Virus record (IMG/VR): IMGVR_UViG_3300037524_002016 | Span: 18,530 to 82,529 of that record | Length of the DNA stretch: 64,000 nt | Reading direction: 5' to 3' (one strand) | Source of the DNA: a virus | Shown here: positions 37,430 to 47,341 of the stretch, in pieces | Position numbering within the stretch: the first letter of the stretch is position 1 | Layout of the letters: each line of letters opens with the position of its first letter | Notes under the pieces: generated by a model | What the model was told of the DNA's origin: nothing | Seen by the model: only the letters and a program-made list of their open reading frames with translations | Database searches by the model: none | Program-made: the position numbers and the translations under genes

Positions 37430-38799
37430 GCGGCCTCCGTGGTGGCAATAGCTCGCTGACCAATCGAGATGCCGCCGATGCCGCCCACACCGGTGCCACT
37501 ACCGGCGAACTCTGCCCAGGCGCTGCTCTCCGCTGTTGCCGCACCCCCGAGCTTGATGGCCGTCGACAAATCACCCGATGCAGTGGCACGGGCCTGGGCC
37601 TGCTGGACGTCGAGAGCCGGTGTCGTCAGGTTGCCGGTGGTGGTGGCTTGACCCAGGGCGTTACCTGTCAACCGGATACCCGTGGTCAGGCTGCCGGAGC
37701 CTGTTGCGCCGGCGCGAGCCAATGCGGCTATACCGCCCACCGGGCCCAAAGATTCTGTGGCCCTGGAACCGCCAATGGAACTGGCCCCGATACTCTGAAT
37801 GCCGACGGCACTGCCCGGCGTGCTGGACGCCGGCTGTGACGTGCCGAAGGTCGTCAGATCGCCGGTGGCCTCGGCACGTCCCTGGGCATTGCCCGTCAAT
37901 CGGATGCCTGTGGTCAGGTTGCCAGAGGCCATTGCTTGGCCCAGGGCGGCACCTTCGAAACGAGCCACAGCACCTGGTGCGGTCAGGGTGCCGGAAGCCA
38001 AAGCTTGACCCAAGGCGGAACCCGTCAACCGGATGCCTGTGGTCAGGTTGCCGGTCGCCGAGGCGCGTCCGATTGCCGAGCCCGACATCGAGGCCGGTTC
38101 GCCCGGTGCGGTCAGCATGGCCGAAGCACTGGCCTCAGCAACCGCCGTACCTGTCAACTTGACACCTGTGGTCAAGACGCCGGAAGCGGTTGCCCGGACT
38201 TGGGCAGCGCCGGAGAATTGGGTGCCGATGACGGTTAGGTCACCCGAGGCGAGGGCCTGGGCAGCAGCGTTGCCGCTCAAACGAATCGCCGTAGAGAGGT
38301 TGCCCGAAGAAGTGACCTGGCTGACGGCATTGCCGCCCAACAGTGCGGAGCCGCCGCCCGTGGTGAGATCTCCAGTCGCGGTCGCCCGGCCCTCAGCAGC
38401 GCCGGTGATCTTGGCGCCCGAGGTCGTCAGGCTGGCTCCAGCGGTGGCTTCTGCCACGGCACGCGCCCGGATCTCGGCGCCGACCACGGTCATCTCGTAG
38501 ACCGACGCCACGATCACCAGCGCGCTATTGGTGCTGGCTACGGCTGACAGCGCGTCGCCTGACCCCAGATTCAGAGTACCCGGCCACGCCGAAACGGCGC
38601 GCCGGGCGCGAACCGAAAAACCCTGAGCCAGGGTCTGTGCAGATCCCCCTACCGGGGTGTAATAGAGGTCGTAGGTGACCGAAGCGTCGCTGTTGTTGGA
38701 TACAACCAGGTCATGAACGGAAGCTTCCCTGCCCGTCGGGCAGGTGTAGACCGTCTGATTGTTCGTGCTCAGGGCTTTGGGGGCGGTCTTGAGACCCAT
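37426..38799 (-). CDS. Ala/Gly/Thr-rich repeat virion protein
   Basis: N-terminal VYTCP...VSN domain followed by many ~20-aa GNLTTGIRLTGxAxGxAxA repeats. Confidence 0.7.
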   Translation of the reverse strand: MGLKTAPKALSTNNQTVYTCPTGREASVHDLVVSNNSDASVTYDLYYTPVGGSAQTLAQGFSVRARRAVSAWPGTLNLGSGDALSAVASTNSALVIVASVYEMTVVGAEIRARAVAEATAGASLTTSGAKITGAAEGRATATGDLTTGGGSALLGGNAVSQVTSSGNLSTAIRLSGNAAAQALASGDLTVIGTQFSGAAQVRATASGVLTTGVKLTGTAVAEASASAMLTAPGEPASMSGSAIGRASATGNLTTGIRLTGSALGQALASGTLTAPGAVARFEGAALGQAMASGNLTTGIRLTGNAQGRAEATGDLTTFGTSQPASSTPGSAVGIQSIGASSIGGSRATESLGPVGGIAALARAGATGSGSLTTGIRLTGNALGQATTTGNLTTPALDVQQAQARATASGDLSTAIKLGGAATAESSAWAEFAGSGTGVGGIGGISIGQRAIATTEAA

Positions 38800-38817
38800 G
38801 GTTAACCCACTTCATGA

Positions 38818-40890
38818 TCAACCAACACCAGAGCCTTTGGCGAGCAGAAGCCAGTTGGTGCCGTTGAATACGACCTCGACCCACTCTCCAGTAGCCAGCG
38901 CCGCTAAGGTACCGGCACCTGGCCCGCCATTGACAATGGACAAAGCAGACGCACCGGTGCTGTCTGCCGTTCTGCGTATGGTGCGCCGCTGCCCGGTCGG
39001 GACCGGAATGACGGAATAGGGGAGGGAATTGGAATCCGCGATGACAGCGGCCAGGGTAACGGTCCTGCCGGTGGTCAGCGGAGCCGTGCAGAGGGTGTCC
39101 CTTGCCCAGTCCGAATACATTGTAATGTTTGCGTCACCGAGAACCTGCGTGCTGTCGTTGAACTCCGGCAGCGGCAGGAATTCGCCGAACCGCTTGAGTA
39201 TCCGAGAGCGCCACGAGTTTGCGGTTGCGAAATCCAGGCTGGTGCTGGTCGATTCACAAAGCGTAATTTGGGCGGGTTCGGTCGCGGTCACGCCGGCCGG
39301 GTCGTAGCTATCGATGGCGCACGACGCATTGCGGGTACTCGTGGCGTCCGCGCGAACGACGGCAACCGGTGTGGCATCGAACAGTGTTCGGTGAATTCCC
39401 ACTGCATGTCGCAGTCGGCCCACCCGGACCCGGCTTGAGGTGCCCACCGAGAACAGGCCACGCGGAGTTGCGTTGGTGGTTGTGGTGCCGCAGTTCTGAA
39501 TAGTAATGGCCTGAGCTTCAAGGGTAGAACCCGAGAACACTTTGAACATGCCGGTGCAAGAGGTCCCCATCGCGCACCCCTCAACGTGGATACTCGATGC
39601 CGCAACGCCACGCGCGGTATCTAAAATGAAAGGTGCGGACCCCGAGCCGGTGAACTCCGACCACTCGATGTTGAGTTGGTTAATTGTGGTCTCCTCGACC
39701 GCCGCACCGCCAGATGAGTTGCCCAAACGGAACGCACAGAAAGCTGATCCGGCGTTTACCGTGCCCGCACTCGCTCCGGCATCGCCATTACTGATGTGGA
39801 TGTTGCTCCAGATGTTTCCGGTGCCCTTGACGTTCTGGTAAATACCGTAATTGTAATAATTACGGATGCGTATGTTCTCGAATTTGCACGAAAATAGAAA
39901 CGGCAACGTGGCACCGGAAAACAGAATTCCATTGCGGATGTACTTGGGGTTATCCGACGGGTTGCTGTAGACATCTCCAATATCAATGTTCCGGAACTCG
40001 CTCATCCAGGCTCGCACACCTTGAAGGCCTGCGCCGGCCGACTGCCCAACTTGACTGGCCCCATAGCGAAGCCAAACACCGTCCACACTCACCCGGTTGA
40101 CGCTCGCCGAACTGGCGGGGTTGCCGATAGTCATTACCGGGACGCCGTTCGTGAACTGCGTGATCCTGGCCTTGGTCGTGCCAAGCCAGCGACACAAGTC
40201 AGGCACTACGATTCCATTGGTACCTTCGATTTCGATCTCGCCGGCAGGGAAAAAAGCGATGTTGCCGGCGGCGGCGGCCGTCACCAGGGCAGCATTCACC
40301 GCGGTGCAGTTGTCTTGACGCTGCTGCGAGGTGACCCCTGCTCCCGTGACAACACCGGGGAGAGAGGCCAATTGCACCAGACCAACCAGACCCATCGCCG
40401 CCGGCACCCATGCGGTACCGGACCACTGCGGCACCTGCCCCGTGGTGGCGCCGGACTGCGTGAGGGTGTCCAACGCCTGGGTACCTGTGTGGGTGGAACG
40501 GTCCCTCAATTCCGCATTGGTAGCAAGGCCGGCCAACTTGGTCTGCATGGCCGCAGTCATAACGCCCGCATTAGTCCCGTCAGCAGCCGGTAAAACCGCG
40601 TCGGTTCCTGATGCAGATAAGACGGTGACCGTGGTCGCGTCACGTGACGTGGTAAGGTTCGTGGAGGCGCTGCCGCCACTTAAGACCCGAGTTATGAAAC
40701 TCGAAACCCCATCCCATTCCCTGATGGTGCCGGGAGGATCTGTCGCAACAATCACCCATTCTCCATCGGCAAGAACAGGCGTGCCGTTACTGACGTTAAC
40801 TGTTTCCGCGGCCCTCCACGCTTCAAGGGTAGTCTCGTCTGGACAGTGGTGAGGGGACCCACTAGAACGTGAAAAGCGTAAGTTTGACAC
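38818..40890 (-). CDS. Tailspike-like protein with pectate-lyase-type beta helix
   Basis: LPAA...AGVMTAA..TKL and RDRSTHTGTQ fibre motifs; DNCTAVNAAL...FFPAG start of a beta helix. Confidence 0.65.
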   Translation of the reverse strand: MSNLRFSRSSGSPHHCPDETTLEAWRAAETVNVSNGTPVLADGEWVIVATDPPGTIREWDGVSSFITRVLSGGSASTNLTTSRDATTVTVLSASGTDAVLPAADGTNAGVMTAAMQTKLAGLATNAELRDRSTHTGTQALDTLTQSGATTGQVPQWSGTAWVPAAMGLVGLVQLASLPGVVTGAGVTSQQRQDNCTAVNAALVTAAAAGNIAFFPAGEIEIEGTNGIVVPDLCRWLGTTKARITQFTNGVPVMTIGNPASSASVNRVSVDGVWLRYGASQVGQSAGAGLQGVRAWMSEFRNIDIGDVYSNPSDNPKYIRNGILFSGATLPFLFSCKFENIRIRNYYNYGIYQNVKGTGNIWSNIHISNGDAGASAGTVNAGSAFCAFRLGNSSGGAAVEETTINQLNIEWSEFTGSGSAPFILDTARGVAASSIHVEGCAMGTSCTGMFKVFSGSTLEAQAITIQNCGTTTTNATPRGLFSVGTSSRVRVGRLRHAVGIHRTLFDATPVAVVRADATSTRNASCAIDSYDPAGVTATEPAQITLCESTSTSLDFATANSWRSRILKRFGEFLPLPEFNDSTQVLGDANITMYSDWARDTLCTAPLTTGRTVTLAAVIADSNSLPYSVIPVPTGQRRTIRRTADSTGASALSIVNGGPGAGTLAALATGEWVEVVFNGTNWLLLAKGSGVG

Positions 40891-40895
40891 TGCCT

Positions 40896-41348
40896 TTAAC
40901 CTGCACCGGTAACTGGATCATAACTTGGCGTTGAAACACCGAGAATCGAAGAGGATGTGGGGGCCGTGACCGGCGTGTTCTTCAACAGCGCCCGGTAACT
41001 CTCAACTTTTTGAGAGGCCTGCGCGGCCACAGCCTTCATGTCGACATTGAAGCGGACCGCTTCGACCTTACCATCGGTATACCGCTGCAGCATGGCCAGC
41101 GGCATCTGGGCCAGTTGCAGCGCTCCGAACCAGGCGCAGTACCGTTGCAGGTGCCGGGTCGCGGCATCCTGGCCGGCAAACACCGTGGCGTGGGTTGGCA
41201 GCCAGGTTTCGAGATCGATGAGCAAATCCTCCCCGAACCCGGCCGCCTCGATGAGGCTGTCGGGAATGTCGGTCTCATCCAGGCCAATGCAGGCGCGTAT
41301 GGCGGCTGCCGTGGTGTACGGATGGTCGTCGTCGGGGAGATTGAGCAC
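40896..41348 (-). CDS. Putative head-tail adaptor
   Basis: YTTAAAIRACIGL..D helical protein ending in DPVTG; size and synteny. Confidence 0.55.
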   Translation of the reverse strand: MLNLPDDDHPYTTAAAIRACIGLDETDIPDSLIEAAGFGEDLLIDLETWLPTHATVFAGQDAATRHLQRYCAWFGALQLAQMPLAMLQRYTDGKVEAVRFNVDMKAVAAQASQKVESYRALLKNTPVTAPTSSSILGVSTPSYDPVTGAG

Positions 41349-41358
41349 CGCTCAAGCC

Positions 41359-41646
41359 TTACTCTTCCGGCAGGGGCGGGAACTCGTCGGCCGGCGAGCC
41401 GGGGACGATGTCGGCCAGCGCCTGGGCTTTTTCCTTGAGCAGTTCCAGGGTGGCTTCGGCGTCGGCCGGCAGTTCGATGTTCAGTAACTGGTCTTCGAGG
41501 TCGGTAATCTTGTCGAGGATTTCGGCGTGACCTTCATTGAGCTTGTTGAGGATGTCGGTCTGCTGGGCAGCCAGTTCATCGAGACGAGTCATGATGCTCT
41601 CCAGGGGCTCACCGCCCACGTAATTGTTGATAATGGTGGTACTCAT
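41359..41646 (-). CDS. Acidic coiled-coil hypothetical protein
   Basis: Heptad pattern; coupled to the upstream gene. Confidence 0.6.
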   Translation of the reverse strand: MSTTIINNYVGGEPLESIMTRLDELAAQQTDILNKLNEGHAEILDKITDLEDQLLNIELPADAEATLELLKEKAQALADIVPGSPADEFPPLPEE

Positions 41647-41963
41647 CGGTTCATCGCCCGATGGTGAAGGTTCAACTCTGTGATGGACTCGGCCAGGACC
41701 TTTAATGCCTCGGCTGTTTTCATCTGGGCTTCGGTAGAGTGGCGGTACGCAGTCAAGAATTCGGCGTTCAAGCGACTGTGTTCAAGTGCCAAGTTTTTAT
41801 ACTGCTCCACCTGTGCCGCCTGCAGGGCGACCAGTTGGGTGTTCTGGTTGGCTTGCATCCTGAACCACATCCAGGCAAACAAGAGCAGTACGCTACCCGC
41901 AATGCCGTAGTGTTCTAGGGATTCCGGGCCCCACGAGATAGCATCCATGATCGCGATGTTCAT
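41643..41963 (-). CDS. Single-TM protein with coiled coil, holin-like
   Basis: YGIAGSVLLLFAWMWF hydrophobic helix followed by a coiled coil. Confidence 0.5.
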   Translation of the reverse strand: MNIAIMDAISWGPESLEHYGIAGSVLLLFAWMWFRMQANQNTQLVALQAAQVEQYKNLALEHSRLNAEFLTAYRHSTEAQMKTAEALKVLAESITELNLHHRAMNR

Positions 41964-41966
41964 TGG

Positions 41967-42263
41967 TCATAACACCCTGCTCTTCAAGACTTCCTGAGAC
42001 CCTTCGTCAACACCCGCATGCGGCGCCGTCGCTTCCCATCGCCAGCGCCAGAGGCCTGGAGATGTGAAGATAATGTACGCATGATAACGCCCAACGGTAT
42101 CTTTTACCAGTTCGGCTGCAGTGCCAAAGACGTACGTGGTCTTGGTTCCAGAGGGGGCCCTGACAATGAGTTGGAGGCCGCCGGGGTCGGCCAGAGTGCC
42201 GCCATCGTTGTAGGTGTCTAGATCGATGCGAGCGGCCTGACCTTGATACCAAACTTCAACCAT
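41967..42263 (-). CDS. Small Ig-like virion protein
   Basis: LADP...RAPSG...GRYHA...PGLWRWRWEA. Confidence 0.6.
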   Translation of the reverse strand: MVEVWYQGQAARIDLDTYNDGGTLADPGGLQLIVRAPSGTKTTYVFGTAAELVKDTVGRYHAYIIFTSPGLWRWRWEATAPHAGVDEGSQEVLKSRVL

Positions 42264-43878
42264 GACTGACCCTCGTAACGAGTCGTCCCCGTTTGCTGAT
42301 TCGTGAAGTCAAATACCGGGCTCGACCGGTGCGGGACCACAGACGGAGCGGAATACCTGCGGCGGAGGGCGTTGTCAGGGCCGCCAGTGCCGTGGCTCTG
42401 ACTGCGGCGTGGCCAGCCAGAAGAATGGATACCGAAAGGGTGCCAGTGGCATCGGCCTGGGCCAGGGCAGCAGCCGACAACGGAATTTGGGTAGTTAAGG
42501 TGGCAGAGGCCGCGCTTTCGGCAATAGCGTTGCCTTGGAATTGACTGGCACCGACCAGGAGAGAGCCCGACGCCTGGGCCGCAGCCAGAGCGTCGCCAGA
42601 CAGCAGGATTTGAACTGTCAAAACAGCCGTTGACATGGTTTCGGCCAGGGCAGAGCCGGCGACCAGAATGGCAGTTGAGAGATCACCGGTGGCCGAGGCT
42701 TCGCCGGCGGCAGAGCCGGCGAGGCCGTCAGTCGGTACAGTCAGACTGCCGGTGGCCGCTGCTTCACCGGTTGCAGTTCCGGCCAAACGAATGTCAGTGG
42801 TCAGGTTGCCGGTGGCGGAAGCCTCGCCGATGGCGGTTCCGGCCAAGGGTATGCCAGTGGTCACATCACCGGTGGCCGCTGCTTCACCGGTTGCAGTTCC
42901 GGCCAAACGAATGTCAGTGGCCAACACCGCAGCAGCCACAGCCTGTGCCATCGCCGTCGCCGACAAGGTAATGGTTGCGGTCAGGTCGCCAGTCGCCACG
43001 GAGCCGGCCACCGCAGCGCCTTCCATGGGAATTGACGTCGTCAGCGTACCGGTGGCGGTGGTCAACGAAAGGGCCACACCATCGAGGGTTACAGATGTAG
43101 CTATACTGCCAGAGGCACTAGCCTGAGCCAGGGCAGTGCCCGACAACTGAGCCTGGGCAGGCGAATCGGCAGATCCCAGCAAAAAGATGACCTTGTTTTG
43201 TCGGTCGAACATCGCCCACGGGTTAGTCCCAAGTTCTTCCAATAACTCTGGGGACAATTTTGGAAATTCCGCTAAAAGATAAACCCTAATTGGCGCAGTA
43301 AAACCAAGGCCAGAATTGGTTTTCTTTGCCAGGATATCCCAAGAAGAGCCCGCCAAGGCATTAAACGTTATAGCTATACGTCTAATGCCTGCCCAGTTAT
43401 TGCTGGAGCCTATTGTGGTGGATGGTATTCCATCGAACCACGTAGGAGTTTGAATAGCAGCAGAGCCAGCACGTTCAACACGGGTACGGTTTTTATCTCC
43501 GGCAGCAGCGTAGGAGTTTCCTAGCTGCACAGACACGTAATTACTATCATTATCGTGCCGGCTGTTTAAAAGGAAAGGAATAGCAGACGCGGTTTCGCAG
43601 TTTATTCTGGATTCAGCAACGGCAATGATAGAGGCTGAACTCGGCGGAGAGTTACTCAGAGCAATACATCTGTCAGTGCCGACAACACCTCCAAAAATAT
43701 TTGTTTCAACGCCAAAAGCTACGCCTTCTTGGCCTCGGTAGACACCGACATTCGTCCCAATACTGCTGATTAGCCTGTTATCCTGCCAAGCCGGGACAAT
43801 AAGTCTATTAGGTCGGCCGAATTTTTCCAGCACCCTTTGCGGGTACGGTGGCTGGGTACGCCATGTCCGGTTGATCAC
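42256..43878 (-). CDS. Virion protein: low-GC N-terminal lectin-like domain plus 20-aa Ala/Thr/Gly repeats
   Basis: L..NPWAMF motif closes the N-domain; TDIRLAGTATGEAAATG repeats; exact DNA repeat at 42749-42800 and 42869-42920. Confidence 0.65.
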   Translation of the reverse strand: MINRTWRTQPPYPQRVLEKFGRPNRLIVPAWQDNRLISSIGTNVGVYRGQEGVAFGVETNIFGGVVGTDRCIALSNSPPSSASIIAVAESRINCETASAIPFLLNSRHDNDSNYVSVQLGNSYAAAGDKNRTRVERAGSAAIQTPTWFDGIPSTTIGSSNNWAGIRRIAITFNALAGSSWDILAKKTNSGLGFTAPIRVYLLAEFPKLSPELLEELGTNPWAMFDRQNKVIFLLGSADSPAQAQLSGTALAQASASGSIATSVTLDGVALSLTTATGTLTTSIPMEGAAVAGSVATGDLTATITLSATAMAQAVAAAVLATDIRLAGTATGEAAATGDVTTGIPLAGTAIGEASATGNLTTDIRLAGTATGEAAATGSLTVPTDGLAGSAAGEASATGDLSTAILVAGSALAETMSTAVLTVQILLSGDALAAAQASGSLLVGASQFQGNAIAESAASATLTTQIPLSAAALAQADATGTLSVSILLAGHAAVRATALAALTTPSAAGIPLRLWSRTGRARYLTSRISKRGRLVTRVSHG

Positions 43879-43881
43879 AGG

Positions 43882-44334
43882 TTACGCCCAGGAGTAGGTG
43901 AACGGAGTAACTTTTACGAAAATATTACTACCGGTTCCGGTTATAGCTACTCCAGCTTTATTTTCTATGTAGAAAAAAGCCTTCTCAATACCTTCCAAGG
44001 AAATTATAGTACTCACCCTTTGCTCTTCATCTGTATCGTAAATAACGAAGGCTCCCATAAACCTGGCAGACTCAATGTCGGTTCCTGTGGGAGCCGACGT
44101 TTCATCTTGGGTCCCATCGACATCCTGCAGTACTGCATATAGGTTTACTACAGAATTATTAGTTGGGATGCCCCCGAAAGTAGCAGGAGCATGCAGTACA
44201 GCGCGCGCAAAAGGATACAACAACGTGCTGTTATCGAATAACGTAGTTCCACCTGCAACTGCGTTATTAGCCAGATCGGCGGTCAAATCAATGACAGTGA
44301 CCGGCGAATCAAACTTCATCTTAAGGTCAGGCAC
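43882..44334 (-). CDS. Hypothetical structural protein
   Basis: GTG start with AGGTG RBS; beta-rich; low GC. Confidence 0.6.
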   Translation of the reverse strand: MPDLKMKFDSPVTVIDLTADLANNAVAGGTTLFDNSTLLYPFARAVLHAPATFGGIPTNNSVVNLYAVLQDVDGTQDETSAPTGTDIESARFMGAFVIYDTDEEQRVSTIISLEGIEKAFFYIENKAGVAITGTGSNIFVKVTPFTYSWA

Positions 44335-44342
44335 TGTGTCAC

Positions 44343-44843
44343 CTAAATTTGGTTGGCCTGGAATGCAGTTGACACATCGTCGTAGGTAACCGTATCGACA
44401 AAACCAAGGCGTAATCCTGTTACAGTAAGGGTTGTTACCGTTGTGCCACCCAGAATTAACTGCACATTTGTTGCTTTCCGCAGGCACGATTGTAGCAACG
44501 GCACAGCGTCAGTGGACCCCCAAACATCTGTAATAGCCTTGCGATATTTGCTTTTACGCATATCCAAAGGGCTGAAAGCCAACATCAACCGCCAAGCATC
44601 TCGCTTACCGGCAGACAGAGTGTCAAACTTTGTGATATCTGTGGCCTCAAACAAAGAGGTCGAAGCCATGGCGTAATCCCAAACATACTCAGTAGTCAGA
44701 CTGTTCAGCCAATCAGCCATACGGATGTTGTCACAATCGTTGCCGTTCGAATAAATAAGACTTTGAACATAGGGATCGGCAGAGGCCCTAAGCGCTGTAA
44801 CCAAAGTAGTCTGCTGACTCGGAGTGAGAACCGTATAAACCAC
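44343..44843 (-). CDS. Hypothetical protein
   Basis: AAGGAG RBS, GTG start; low GC. Confidence 0.65.
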   Translation of the reverse strand: MVYTVLTPSQQTTLVTALRASADPYVQSLIYSNGNDCDNIRMADWLNSLTTEYVWDYAMASTSLFEATDITKFDTLSAGKRDAWRLMLAFSPLDMRKSKYRKAITDVWGSTDAVPLLQSCLRKATNVQLILGGTTVTTLTVTGLRLGFVDTVTYDDVSTAFQANQI

Positions 44844-44894
44844 GTTGATCTCCTTAATATGTTGTTGTTGTATAAGTGTATCCGGACGTAATAC

Positions 44895-45011
44895 TTAAAT
44901 CACCGTGTCGCCATCAATGACTGCCACATGGGACCGCTTCGAAAAACCGGTCAGCATCCGGATCAGGATAGAGCCCGGCGCAGTGCTACGAGATAAAATC
45001 AGGCGAAGCAT
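44895..45011 (-). pseudogene. Truncated remnant resembling the N-terminus of a permuted papain-like (YiiX/YebB-type) amidase
   Basis: Own translation: MLRLILSRSTAPGSILIRMLTGFSKRSHVAVIDGDTVI*; GAGGT RBS; stops where IEA would be expected. Confidence 0.55.
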
Positions 45012-45012
45012 G

Positions 45013-46062
45013 TCAGACCTCGTACTCGAAGCCGGCATTCAGCACGGTAATGTAGTTCGTGGCGGTGGCGGCTTCGGCATAAATATTCCCATATGGTTCT
45101 ACAGGTAAAGCCGAAATCCCGCTGTACATGGTGGTATTTGCCGCCGGAGTATATAAGCTCACCAACGCATTAAACACAGAATTAGTGTCTACTACCGATT
45201 GGTTACTTACAGCGCCTTTGGCGACCCCTGCCGATGTGGTGTCCCCTACTCCGATATTTAAAAAGGCTCGAGTCGTTGAATAGGGAAAGTGCGCAAACGT
45301 ATAGACGTTGCCGGCAGTTGACCCAGTAACAGTCAGCATGGTGTACGGTTCTCTATACATAAACCGCCGCGTATTTGACTTGTTTTCTGAGATACAGTAC
45401 CCCAACATTAGTGCTGTGCTGGCAGCCGCAGTGCGAACACAACCAATAAAACGATAAGCATTACCTAAGTCGTATGTGGTCCAACCTAAGCCGTCAAAGC
45501 TCTCTTGAGCAGTGTAATCACCGTTATACCTTTGCCAACCATAAGCCAGGTTGCCCCCGGAAATGTAAGCGTAGATAAAAATCAACGAATCATTGGCCAG
45601 CGTGGACCCGGACAAAGCCGTGGTGCCGTCAAGTGTAACGACAGTATTACCTGTCTTACTGTAGCGTTTACCCTGAATATAAATGTAACCACCACCCACG
45701 TTAACAGAAGTATCTGATGCCCGGCTGACCTGAAAGCCACTGATCGTTCCGAAATCAGCCGCATACCCCACGCGTTGTGCCGTCTGCGTCAGATAAACCT
45801 TCGCCGCACTCGTGAAGCTCACCCGGGACCCGGAACTGGATTCCTCCAACGTGCCTCGGGTCACCGTGTTGGTGCCGTTCGTGAAAGTGCAATCCCGGCA
45901 AATCTCCCAGTTCGTACCTTCCTCAATCAAGATGTCGACCACCTTGTTGGCGCCAAACGTCGTGAAGGCCTGATGACCCGACAACGCGGCGCCCAGGGTA
46001 ATGGTGCCCGTCCCCGGCGTGCCGGAGACGTTGCACCCAATGCGGTTGCGGTACTCAGGCAT
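45013..46062 (-). CDS. Fibre-like virion protein with variable low-GC C-terminus
   Basis: N-terminal GTPGTGTITLGAA..GHQAF...WEI...TVTR...SSSG..VSF..A.VYLT module; GC drops after about residue 100. Confidence 0.65.
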   Translation of the reverse strand: MPEYRNRIGCNVSGTPGTGTITLGAALSGHQAFTTFGANKVVDILIEEGTNWEICRDCTFTNGTNTVTRGTLEESSSGSRVSFTSAAKVYLTQTAQRVGYAADFGTISGFQVSRASDTSVNVGGGYIYIQGKRYSKTGNTVVTLDGTTALSGSTLANDSLIFIYAYISGGNLAYGWQRYNGDYTAQESFDGLGWTTYDLGNAYRFIGCVRTAAASTALMLGYCISENKSNTRRFMYREPYTMLTVTGSTAGNVYTFAHFPYSTTRAFLNIGVGDTTSAGVAKGAVSNQSVVDTNSVFNALVSLYTPAANTTMYSGISALPVEPYGNIYAEAATATNYITVLNAGFEYEV

Positions 46063-46074
46063 CGCGAGGCTCTC

Positions 46075-46596
46075 TTAGTTGTTGTCGATCTGGAAGGTGA
46101 ACGCGTCCACGGCAATGGACGGCGCGGCGTCGCCGGCGTTCACGGTCTTCGGCGAGATCGAGGTATAGACCCAAAGATTGCCAGAGGTGGCATCTTTGAG
46201 GCCGATGCAGTTGATCACGCCCCACGCAACGCCACCGGAGCCCGCTGCCGTCGGTGCGCCGTACTGAATGATGCTGGCATTCGACGTGGTGCCGTTATTG
46301 CCCGAGGAAGCCGAACCGGTGGTGCCTTGGGTGCCTTTCCAGTTCGTCATGTTGGCTGTCACCGCGACCGGCGCGTAGTTGGTATTGACCGTCGACACTT
46401 CCGTACCAGCCGAACTGTCGGTCGGACAGGTCGTGTACAAAGCCACGTGCCAGGTCGCCGGGATCCCAGAGGCCTGACCACGCATTATGGCGTCGATGAG
46501 TTTGTTTTCGGCGAAATCGGTCAGCGCAACAGCCGAGGCGTTGCTGGCAAACAGGCTCGCTGCGACCATCAAGAGGGGGATCAAAAACTTTTTCAT
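46075..46596 (-). CDS. Virion-type protein with a predicted Sec signal peptide
   Basis: MKKFLIPLLMVAASLFASNASA then ALTDFAENKLIDAI.RG...VALYT..PTD...GTEVS...WG.I...GL.DA.SGNL. Confidence 0.65.
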   Translation of the reverse strand: MKKFLIPLLMVAASLFASNASAVALTDFAENKLIDAIMRGQASGIPATWHVALYTTCPTDSSAGTEVSTVNTNYAPVAVTANMTNWKGTQGTTGSASSGNNGTTSNASIIQYGAPTAAGSGGVAWGVINCIGLKDATSGNLWVYTSISPKTVNAGDAAPSIAVDAFTFQIDNN

Positions 46597-46614
46597 GTTC
46601 AACTCCTAAGGTTG

Positions 46615-46640
46615 AAAAAATGGCCGCCCGAAGGCGGCCA
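46615..46640 (-). terminator. Rho-independent terminator
   Basis: TGGCCGCC-TTCG-GGCGGCCA plus T6 on the minus strand. Confidence 0.85.
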
Positions 46641-46668
46641 AACGGAGGCCGCAAGGGAACGGGAAACG

Positions 46669-47322
46669 TTACTTCTTGGCCGAAGCCGTGGTGTCCACGG
46701 TGTCGGGTAGTTCAGGGGGCGGCGTGGTCACGCTGGGTTCGTTCATCGTCGCCCAATCCAGGTCCGCATCCGGAACCAGCACACCCAGTTCTTCGAATGC
46801 GGGGGCGACCAAACCCGTGTTGACCGCGTCGGCACCGGTGCCCATCCAGCGGAGGATGCAGTCATCGACCGTGGTGAAGCATTCCATGATGTCCACGTAG
46901 TCTTCATTGGCGATGTAGGACTGGGTCTTGGCCGAGTCCACCCGCAGCATCACGCGACAGGTGTTGAAGATTTCCGACAGCACCCGCTTGGTCTTCACGT
47001 TGCGGATGCGCTGGATCTCCTTCTGGTCCGGCAGCAGGATGGAGAAACCGTACTCATAGACGCCGTTCGGAAGGTCGTTGTGCGCCATGGAGAACTCCAG
47101 TTCTTCCTTGGCGATCTTCCACTGGGCAATGATTTTGCGGATGTCCCGGGGCCGGGCCTTGGACGCCGTGTTGTTCGAGTCACACTCGAGCAGGAACAGC
47201 ATCAGGCGGGTCAGTTGCTCCAGCACCTGGTGCAGCCGGTAGTTCTCGAGCTTGTGTTCGACGACGTCAATCTTCTGGCCGCCTACGACCAGGGGATCGA
47301 CCTTGTTCAGTTCGGTGATCAT
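46669..47322 (-). CDS. Hypothetical helical protein with strong codon bias
   Basis: GAGGT RBS before ATG at 47322; own terminator. Confidence 0.7.
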   Translation of the reverse strand: MITELNKVDPLVVGGQKIDVVEHKLENYRLHQVLEQLTRLMLFLLECDSNNTASKARPRDIRKIIAQWKIAKEELEFSMAHNDLPNGVYEYGFSILLPDQKEIQRIRNVKTKRVLSEIFNTCRVMLRVDSAKTQSYIANEDYVDIMECFTTVDDCILRWMGTGADAVNTGLVAPAFEELGVLVPDADLDWATMNEPSVTTPPPELPDTVDTTASAKK

Positions 47323-47341
47323 GAGAGACCTCACTTTCTTT

